DNA of 63,898 nt, the filler included, from Folioceros fuciformis (Eukaryota), in the NCBI GenBank assembly GCA_049999805.1. It is 8 parts of 8 records of this genome, joined end to end, with 100 filler letters (N's around TTAATTAATTAA, not from the genome) between each part and the next. Parts side by side here need not be neighbours in the genome. Positions count along the whole stretch, not along the records: positions 36,332 to 40,587 come from JBNGIO010003475.1; positions 40,688 to 48,628 come from JBNGIO010003476.1; positions 48,729 to 61,217 come from JBNGIO010003477.1; 5 more parts are not named here. One strand, given 5' to 3'. Positions within the stretch are counted from its first letter, which is position 1; each line of letters begins with the position of its first letter. Both the position numbers and the translations under genes were made by a program. Shown one piece after another: positions 40,275-51,074 of this stretch. The notes beneath the pieces are model-generated. The model was not told where the DNA came from, did not search any database, and saw only the letters and a list, made by a program, of their open reading frames with translations.

Positions 40275-40587
40275 AGTTTGGGCTGGGCACCGTCTCATGT
40301 ATGTTTCGGCTTAGGCACCACCACCTCGTGAGTTTTGAGTTTCAGGTTTTGGCTTGGACACCGTCTTATGTATGTTTCGGCTTGGGCACCACCTCTTCTG
40401 AGTTTTGAGTTTCAGCTTGGGCACCACCTCTTCTGAGTTTTGAGTTTCAGCTTGGACACCACCTCTTCTGAGGTTTGAGTTTCAGCTTGGGCACCACCTC
40501 TTCTGAGTTTTGAGTTTCAGCTTGGACACCACCTCTTCTGAGTTTTGAGTTTCAGCTTGGGCACCACCTCTTCTGAGTTTTGAGTTT
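40275..40587. repeat. 35-bp minisatellite (CTTGGGCACCACCTCTTCTGAGTTTTGAGTTTCAG), ~6 near-perfect copies from 40381 plus degenerate upstream copies, running into the contig end
   Basis: Head-to-tail units start at 40381, 40416, 40451, 40486, 40521 and 40556. Confidence 0.9.
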
Positions 40588-41813
40588 NNNNNNNNNNNNN
40601 NNNNNNNNNNNNNNNNNNNNNNNNNNNNNNNTTAATTAATTAANNNNNNNNNNNNNNNNNNNNNNNNNNNNNNNNNNNNNNNNNNNNGTTTACAAGCCAC
40701 CTCCTTACCTGTATTACACTCCTCCCGGGTACTGAAGCTCCCCACGTTGACGAATGTCGAAAACAAATTGAAGGAACTTCAGACAATCGATTGGCGGCAG
40801 GGAGGTATTGGCCTCGGGCACGATCGCCTCACACTTCATGGCTTCAGACGCGAGGTGGCACTGACGCGACCGTGTGTTGTGGAACTTCCCTGCAGATGTG
40901 ACACAGAAAAGATGGACAACACCAACAGAACACAACAGGCTCACAAATCATGGCCTTGCATGAGGATCAGGCACCAAGGCCATCCCTGGACAATAAAGCT
41001 CTTGTGCGGATGCACGCATCCTACCCAGTCTTATAAATTGATGTATGTATTTTGGACTTGGAAGAGCTCTCTGAGTACTAATTACTAGTAGCCTTGAGGA
41101 GACGGAGTGGCGTTTTCAGGAGCAGCAGCCAGATAGCTAGCGATCCGGATAGCTGTTAGTACACTACTCTTTGGAACTCGTTCGTCTTGTCGTGGCCAAG
41201 AGTGGAATCCAACATCATCCTTGCTCCTTGGTGGCAAGATTGCAATAAAGGCTTTTCGCGAGATCGTTTTGTGAGGCGCCACACAAGCCCATGAACCAAT
41301 TCGACAAAGACAGCTTGACAGCATTTAGAGTAGATAACACATACAGAGTGAGTTTACAGCTCTCCACAGAGTGCTCTGAAATAGATCTGCTAAAACAAAC
41401 CACTCGTGACCACTCTACCAGCTCATCACACACGACGCTGCTGCGTACCATATTGTGTAAGAGTTGCCTCCCATAAGACTCCGTGCCTGCATTATTTGGT
41501 AGTAGCTTAGTATCTGTACAGGAGCACAATGTGAAGAAGGCGTTGGCTCCTTTGCCACGCGTATGGGTGATACGAAAATCCTGGAACTTATTGGACTCCA
41601 CGCACATAGCGGACATGTTGTTCTTGATGTATTATTCGACATCCCTCGTTAGCCCCCGCTGACACCTCCGCTCCAGCTGTTTGAGGTCCCGCATGCGAAG
41701 GAAAAAACAATTGCATGCTTCACAGAGGAACTGGATGAAGTTGAAGAATGCCAAGCGAAACTTCTGACAAATTTAAATCTGTGAACAGCTCTTAGAGGTA
41801 CCTGAACGGAGAC

Positions 41814-42747
41814 TTAGTATGGCGGAGAGTCGTAGTAGGACCGAGGGGGCGGCGGGGATGAGTAGTGGTAGGCTGGAGGAGACTTGTGGTGGTAAGGAGA
41901 TTTGTGGTGGTAGGTCGGAGGCGATTTGTATTGGTAGCTCGGAGGAGACTTGAAATGGTAGTTCGGAGGAGACTTGTAGTAAGGGTGCCCCTTGCGGTGA
42001 TGTTCATTGTCGTGATTGNNNNNNNNNNNNNNNNNNNNNNNNNNNNNNNNNNNNNNNNNNNNNNNNNNNNNNNNNNNNNNNNNNNNNNNNNNNNNNNNNN
42101 NNNNNNNNNNNNNNNNNNTTGTGGTCGTGCTCCTTGTTGTGGTCGTGCTCCTTGTTGTGGTCGTGCTCCTTGTTGTGGTCGTGCTCCTTGTTGTGGTCGT
42201 GCTCCTTGTTGTGGTCGTGCTCCTTGTTGTGGTCATGGCCATAGTTGCCGTGATCATGCTCCTTGTTGTGATCATGGCCGTAGTTGTGGTGATCGCGGTC
42301 CTTGTTGTGATCATGCCCCTTGTTGTGATCATGGTCGTAGTTGTGGTGATCGTGCTCCTTGTTGTGATCCTGCCCATGCTCGCTGTTGTGGTCATGCTCC
42401 TTGTGGTGCTTCTTGTGGTAACCGTGATCGCCGTGATCATGATGGCCGCCATGCTCGCCATGGTATGGGGGAGAAGAGCCCCGCCAGTAGTAGGGAGGGG
42501 ACAACTTCCTGTGATTGTAGTGAGGAGGAGACTTGTAGTCGTAGCTCCATTTCTGCGATCCCTCCTCTGCACTTAGCTCACGAACCACGGTCAGCGTCCC
42601 TGCTGCAGTCGACTTTGCATCCTTGGTCCCTGCCGCAGTCGACTTTGCAGCCTTGGTTGCTGCGTCCTCGTAGGAGGCACGCACCACCGAGGTCCATGTT
42701 ATGGCCAGCAGGCATGCAATTAGCAACAGTTTCACACCACCCTTCAT
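41814..42747 (-). CDS. Secreted hybrid extensin (HRGP) with a central His-rich (HDHNKE)n domain
   Basis: Signal peptide MKGGVKLLLIACLLAITWTSVVRA. YxYKSPP, YYKSPP and SPPPP motifs occur on both sides of an 18-bp/6-aa His repeat that spans the N gap at 42019-42118. Confidence 0.8.
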
Positions 42748-44028
42748 ACCGAAGCACTTCATTCTCAACCCACAAGCTTCAAATGATGTGAATGCACATG
42801 CAGGGCGAGGGAGATTCACAGCGAACTCGGATCAGGGCATGGATGCTGACAAGCAACTCCAGATACAATGCAAGCCGGTGAGCCGGAAGTCTGAATCAAA
42901 TTGAAACTCTGTCATTTGGATTGCAGACTCGCAGCTCTTATAGGATCGGCCAGGTCGAGCAGGGAGGTGTCTAGGGACATGTCACCTTCGCCAGGTGGTC
43001 TGGACCGTGCAGCACTAGGGGACTGAACTCAAGAGACGTCACCACAGACGCCACCATCAGGCATGGTGGACAACCATCTCAGTACCCCACTTTGGAGAAG
43101 CAAGCGTTTTGCAGCCAAACGTGCAGTGGAGGTAGTTGGGGGTTTCCGTCTACCACTGTCCCCGTGACTGTCCGTCCCGCACTCCACCCAAACTCGGACC
43201 ATGTTCAGACTCCCTCGGATGCTGCCCACAAACTAGAGGGCATGTGTAACGGAGCCGGACACTGGCTCTTCGCCTAGAAATGGTCAAAATTCTGGGAGCA
43301 CATGCACCACTGGTGATCTGTGTTACACGGAATGGCCAGGGTATCACATCGTCGTGATGCTTCTTCACCCAAGCCAAGAGGACAGTACTTAATCGGCTTG
43401 GATTAAAGAGCTGCACAAATGCAGTTGAGTCAGGCCAGACTCCTGTTCTGCATGTGGGAAACATCCGGGTACTTATGTACATCTCAGCTGGTGGGGGCCT
43501 GTGCAGCAAGACTTTCTTCCACTACACATTGGTCTAGGCAGTGCGTATTACAGTAGCGTCAAGGACAAAAATAATAAATAAACGCAGGTTCCTCCCAGCT
43601 CTCCTTCTGCCCTAAACATATGAAAAAGGGTACATCGAGTTGCGCGTCTGACTGTATTTGCCTTAATCGCCATCGGGTATCGATGGGAGAGCTGGCAAAA
43701 AGTACATACCTATCCAGCATATGAGAAGGGAAGTGGACAGAGTCGCAATAGGGACAAAGGTCATATATATGAGACAGCAGATGCCACGCAGAAGCTAGCA
43801 CTTTCTCAGAATTTTATTGGGAGGAATCTGGATGTTATGAGATAATTACTGGTGTCTACTATCTGGAAAGGTATGGGAATTCCATAGCAAGAAGAGGGGC
43901 ACGCATAGATGCGAACCCCGATGTTCTTGACCGATCGATGAGGGCTAGTCAGGAAGCGTTGTATGCGATTGGTGAAAGAGGTAGGAGGTGTGACAGTACC
44001 GTGTCCCAATGTGGCGTCGTTATGATGA

Positions 44029-44911
44029 TCACTGCGTCAGGGTCCTTGTGCTCAGGAAGAAATCGGACACATCACTCTGCACAGTCGTCTGTAGCGCTAT
44101 TACAAAGGTGTTGGGCGCTACAGCCGGAGTTACAGCCAGCGGGATTTTCTGCTGGTTTACAGGGTTGGTGGTGGTGTCGTAGATGGTGAGCAACCGGTAC
44201 ACGCCGTCTGGTGCTCCACACGAAGGGACAGACTGTCGCATGACGAGCACAAACAACTGGCGGAGGGTTTCCGCGCTGCCAATGGTGGAGGTCTTTGTGG
44301 CGCACGGCGCCTGCTGCACCGCGCTTCCTAGCGGGCCGCTTGTCCAGCAGTTGCCGGTTTGGCTATTCTTGATTAGGTACGCATCCTGGGTGACGCCAGG
44401 TAGCGATCCTTGCTTGTACAGGATGAATTGGAATACTTCTCTGGGATCGGCAGGCCCGTAAGGAGCCGGCCTCACAATCAACTGCACAGCGCGCCCACGG
44501 CAACCAGGTGATGTAAGATTAGTTCTACCTACGAGTCGGTGCAATCAAGAGTTGGAATCCAAGACACTCTGAGTTCGAGTGCTTACCGTCGCCGCGTTAG
44601 GGGCTGAAACATCATTCGGCTGCGCTGCGGCGGTCACGGTGCTGCCCTTACATTGATAGTTAAGTTCGCCGGAGTGCAGCACTTGGAAGTTCTGCACGCT
44701 CGCGCTACCGGGGAGCTGAGCCCCCACCAAGTCTGCAGCAATGACAGAAATAGTGATAGTACACCAAGGAGTTAGTAAACTGATGCCAGCCTTAGGCACA
44801 CATCGATATATCATTCCAGGACGTTTTGTACCATTCACGTGTGTACGTACCAGAAGCCACGAAGATCAATGCGAGGCAAGGCAGGATGACCAGAGGAAGG
44901 AGAAGGGCCAT
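44029..44911 (-). CDS. Secreted 219-aa protein with a ricin-B (beta-trefoil) lectin-like motif; exons 44911-44851, 44732-44587 and 44481-44029
   Basis: Signal peptide MALLLPLVILPCLALIFVAS. Two GT-AG introns keep phase (61+146=207 nt). YLIKNSQTGNCW..AVQQAPC..RQLF resembles a ricin-B subdomain. Confidence 0.6.
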
Positions 44912-45653
44912 TTTCAGGCAGCCCAGAGTGAACCAGGTCGCACAAAATCAGATGGAGAGCGCTGCGGATTGTCCAGTTTCGATGAGGCGGATGTCACATT
45001 ATAAACCTCGCCAAGCTACACAGCCTGCCGTTGCCCGAAAACATGGCAATCTTTGCGGCAAAGGAAAAGCTGCAAAAGGTATACCAGTCAGCCATAAAGC
45101 TACAATCGTGCAAATCAACATGAGGATCGAACACGAGGAACGTGGAGATTTCATACAAATAAAGACCTGGCTCGCGAACGAGACCATGCCAGCCCAGCGA
45201 AAAAGAAAAAGCGAAAAATTTAGTAAAAGGACGAAGCGTGTCGAAGTCCACTAGGCGTGTCGAAGTCCACTAGGCGTGTGGAGTGTCGTAATTGTTAGGC
45301 TTGGCTTAATGGCTTGCACCGTTAGATAACACTACCAATTCCGCTTAAGATCAATAGCTTGTTTCCCTCAGCGAGCGAGGCGAATGAAGGCGCGCTAGGA
45401 TTCCTTTCTACGAAGGGTCGCTGGCCACCCACATTGCCACCTTTCTCTACGTCCCAGTGTCAACTCGTTGCCAGTTCGTCTTGAAGGCAAGAAGCTGCAA
45501 TCTGTCGGCAACTAAGGAGTGGATCGTTCACCAGTTGTTAATGTAGTCATGATTCTTCTATCTTGAATGAAAAGACTGTTTCTGTCCCGATATTCTGACA
45601 GGTCTTTTTGGAAGATTGCATGATTGCATACTTTTGCTACGAAATGTCGGCTG

Positions 45654-46789
45654 AAGCTAAAGATAGTCTGGCCAGCCACGGGGCCCGCCACCTCCATGGC
45701 ATGGTGAGTCATGCCCCTCCCGCTCTCCATCTCTCCTCTCTCCTATACCTACGGAGTTCTTCCTTGAACACATACGGCCAGTCGTGTAACGTCTCGCAAA
45801 CCGGGTTTGAGTTTTGAGCCTGCCTCAGCGGTTTTGAGTTGAGTTTTGAGCCTGCCTCGGCGGAAATGTTTGAGACGGACGATGAGCAGGAGGATGAGAA
45901 TCAGGACGAGGTTGACGAGGTTTCCTATTCTCCCAAGAGGTGAGGGCGGGGGAAAAACAATGGCCGTGCCAAGGTATGGTTGCTGTAATTTCTGGAGTCC
46001 GTGTGGGACGATGTTTGGGGAATTGGGGAGAACATGTTCTCTTTTCACAGACCTCTTGAACACGAAAAGACCTCTTGAACACACATTGTGAGACACAAGG
46101 CATCAGCTGAAGTGCCTCACCAAGATTGAGTGAGTCATACCTGGTGAGTTTGCAGGTCATATCGTGCTTGGGAAATAGAGGTCCCCCAACAGCAATTGCG
46201 TTCTTCTTACTGCTCACCACAGAATAGCTTGTGGGGGTTTGAGACAGCTCTCCCATCCCCTGCTCACCACAGAATATCTTGTGGGGGCTTGAGACAGCTC
46301 TCCCATCCCCGCAATGAAATCTGGTACACGCATCCACGGGATGAAAGCTGTCTGCATTTCCTTCTCCACACTTGGCGCAGAGCTATGTTTGTATTTGCTA
46401 CATTTCCAATCCAGAGCAGTGACAGCAAACAAACCAGGCGGCACACCCTGCACCACGAACGCAATCTACGGGGCATTTCAGCAAACATCAGACCGCACTT
46501 TCAGCAGTTGACTTCAAGCAGCGGGGCACCTTTCAGTTTTTGGCATAAACGTGTTCAAGCCGTCCAGAACCGGGCTTAGGGTTGATTCAAGTGCCTCACC
46601 GAAACGATCCAGTTTCGTTCAAAGCTCAAACCCGGTTTCGGGAGACGAAGTCGGTACACGACTGGCCGTATGTATTCAAGGGAGAACTCCGTAGGTATAG
46701 GAGAGAGGAGAGATGGAGAGCAGTAGGGTCATGGCTCACCATGCCATGGAGGTGGCGGGCTCCGCGGTTGGCAAGGCTACCTTTAGCTT
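45654..46789. repeat. ~165-bp inverted repeat pair (45654-45817 and 46619-46789), probably DNA-transposon (MULE) TIRs; internal 50-bp direct repeat at 46211-46310
   Basis: CGCCACCTCCATGGCATGGTGAG..CTCTCCATCTCTCCTCTCTCCTATACCTACGGAGTTC..AAACCGGGTTTGAG is matched in reverse complement about 800 bp downstream. Confidence 0.8.
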
Positions 46790-46939
46790 GGCTAGCCGTA
46801 AAAATCAGGTGGCCAGGTCTGGGCCCCACTAACACTCTTCTTATATGTGCTGCAAAGGTTGCCACATAACCATGATACATACACCATATATCGTATAGGC
46901 TTCACCGGCTACCGGTTGTGTCTGCCGCTGGGAAACTAA

Positions 46940-47500
46940 ACCACTTTGGGTGTCCATTTTTTTCTCCAGTCTTCATTGACTGTTTCATGTTATACATCAT
47001 TCTGTTTTCCTTAGCAACACAAACAGAATGATGTGTTTTGTGTGCGTTTTAGAGCACATTTGAGCAGGATGTTGCAAGAAACGTTTTTCTTCACGTCCTT
47101 ACTTTGGGTGTTCATTTCTTTCTCCAGTCCTCACTAATTGTTGCATGCTATATACCATTCTGTTTCCCTTAGCAAGGCAAACAGAATGATGTATTTTTTG
47201 TGCGTTTTGGAGCACACTTGATCAAGATGCTGCAATGCAAAGGTTTTTTCACATCCTCACTATGGGTGTTCAGTTCTTTCTCCAGTCTTCACCAATTGTT
47301 GCACGCTGTAAGCTATGTTGTTTCCCTTAGCAAGGCAAACAGAATGATGTGTTTTTTGTGCGTTTTGGAGTACATTTGGTCAGGATGTTGCAATGCAAAG
47401 GTTTTTTCACATCCTAACTTTGGGTGTTCATTGCTTTCTCCAGTCTTCACTAATTATTGCATGCTATATACCATTCTGTTTGGCTCAGCAAGGCAATCAA
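46940..47500. repeat. ~158-bp tandem repeat, ~3.5 copies, upstream of the MULE transposase
   Basis: TTCTCCAGTC recurs at ~46962, 47121, 47278 and 47436, each followed by a similar CTTAGCAAGGCAAACAGAATGATGT block. Confidence 0.85.
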
Positions 47501-47649
47501 TTTGGTGTATAGTCTGTTTGGTTTTATTATGTTTTGACGAGGATATTGATAAAAAGGCATGCTTTCTATTCTAGCTTCTATTTAGTCTTATATAATTATG
47601 GACTTCACAAATTGGTTGCCTTCTCACTTCTCGTGGATTGTCTAGGTAT

Positions 47650-48628
47650 TGGTGTGCCTACAGGTACAGGCCTAAAGATTATCGATTGACCACAGCAATT
47701 GGTGCTCAGGATTGCCTACGCATTCTCCACAAACTAAGAGGTGGTCACGATTGAAAGCTGGAGAAAGCATCAAACATGGGTGTCAACCTAGCTTCACTGT
47801 GAAAAGGTTGTTCTTGTGGCCATCTGTTGCTTAGATTTTGCTTTTTGAGAGTAGACATATCGATGTCAAGGGTCAAGTGTGTCACGGCCCTAGTTATGTA
47901 GGCATAGTAAGAGATATAAGAGCGCCACATTTGTCAACCGAGAAGAGAGCTTGGGTGAGGCATTGTCTATATTGCAATGTATCAGTTGATGAGATTTTGC
48001 GTCGTCATCAGCAGGCTGTTATAGCTAAGTGTTGTCCGTCTACTTTATAAAATCATGAAGTTCCCTATGTGAAGGTAAGAGATGACTTCCTTTCACGGGA
48101 CGATGTCTATAATATAGCCAGGGAGGTGGACAAGATATAATGTAGGTATCATGACGATGATAACCGTAGTGTGGGAATGTGGATGAATTTACATGCAGGG
48201 TATGTGTTCCATACATCTAGTGAAGGAGAATCTTTTTGCCTCGGCTTACAAACTTCTTTCATGTTGGAAACTTGTGTCCGACATGGGCACAATAGTTTGC
48301 TTGCAATGGACTCCACTTTTGGGGTAAACAGGTACAAGTATCAATTATTTACTGTTATGGTATTTGACCAACACCAGAATGGGATTCCTGTTGCCTGGGC
48401 TCTCACACAGGAGGCAACTACAAGAGCATTAGTTCCATGGCTTACGGCAATTCGCATAAGAGTTCTACAAGCAGCTCCAGATTGGTTGCCTAGTGTCTTC
48501 TTGGTTGATGATTGTGCTACAGAAATAGGTGCTTTACGAGAAGTTTGGTCACGTGATGTGCCAGTCTATTTATGTTTGTGGCACGTTCGCCGTGCTTGGC
48601 TGTGCAATCTGCTCAAGAAGGTGAAGAA
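47650..48628 (+). mobile_element. Mutator-like (MULE) transposase, partly degenerate and truncated at the contig end
   Basis: MULE DDE core with the CxxH motif: LAMDSTFGVNRYKYQLFTVMVFDQHQNGIPVAWAL..FLVDDCATEIGAL..YLCLWHVRRAW. In-frame stop codons occur upstream. Confidence 0.85.
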
Positions 48629-48728
48629 NNNNNNNNNNNNNNNNNNNNNNNNNNNNNNNNNNNNNNNNNNNNTTAATTAATTAANNNNNNNNNNNNNNNN
48701 NNNNNNNNNNNNNNNNNNNNNNNNNNNN

Positions 48729-49906
<1,178 letters not shown>

Positions 49907-51074
49907 CTAAAATCGAGCCCTGGAACTAATAAGCAGAGGCTGGCCGGCTCCCGAGGGCCTGGCAGCCATGGCCGTGGTGCACGCCACAAGCAACCCTGCT
50001 TCGCCCGATTGCAGCCAGCCAGCGAATTTGTGGACACAGACAGCGCACGCCCGCGCACATGAGATGCACTGCAGGCCTGTTACGAGAGCGCCAGAAAGAC
50101 GGTATAGTGCCGGATGCACGCCCCCGCCAGCCCTTACCCTCCAGCCCCTTCCCTCCAGCCTCTGTGAGTTCCCTGGAGCACGAACTCCAGGTCCAGGTCC
50201 AGCCCGACCACCAGCTGCTCCGAGCCCCTAGTAAAAGCCTGTTGAGGAGCTTGGAGAGTCTACTGGATCCGATGACTGTGCACCTGGAGCCAGGCCAGCA
50301 ATAGCAGCAAAAGCAAAGGAAAAAAAAATAACAAAATTAGGAAAAAAGAGGGAGAGCCGATGCTGAGTTGGGGTTGCGGGCATCGCGGGTCAGGGCACCA
50401 ACCCACCCCAAGACAGGGAAACTTTGAAAGAGGTTTACGAAAAGAAAGCAGCCAGTGTAAGCCTGGACTGAACGTCCTCACGGGGGCATTTGGTAGTGGA
50501 GCCCCTTTTAGGCCAGGCGCCCTCTCCAGCGAGAAGACTGCTCAGTCTGTTCTTGTGTGGTGAGCAACTACCTCCATTTCTGAACATCGCTGTGCTGTGC
50601 ACACATGCACATTGATGTCATTTCCAAGATGCTGCAACACCTCATTCGGAAAAATCGAGGGACGTGGAGGCACACGTTTTACTGAGTGTACAGGGATGTG
50701 ACTGGAGCCTTGGCTGGCAGTCGGTACCGATGGTTCCTCTTTGCCCCGGGCAAGAAGGGGAATGAGCTTTTACAGGACACATACCAGGTAGGTCTTGTTA
50801 CAATATCTGCCTCGCTAGCATTTCAGCCAACAAGGCTCACCGTAGAGGCCGCCTCAGGATCAAATATGCATGGGATGCTGGGTCCCTAGACTCTTCCTTC
50901 CTAAAAGCCTGGATTCCTGTTGTCTTTTGATGCTGGCAGCCCTCGGAGGTCTTCTAGCCATTTTGGCCAACTAGATCAGCATCACGGGTACAAGCCATGG
51001 CCCGAAAACATGATAAATAGGAACCCTCTGGCTCTGGTGTATACCTTCTCCCCCTCCCTGCATGAAAAATCTTG

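Noticed and set aside
40381-40587. CRISPR-like array of 35-bp repeats
   Set aside because: The units are head-to-tail with no unique spacers, there are no cas genes, and the context is eukaryotic.
41865-42791. Cys-rich (CCGRAP)n and poly-Val/Thr ORFs
   Set aside because: These are antisense or alternative frames of the 18-bp His repeat. Only the His frame has a signal peptide and extensin motifs.
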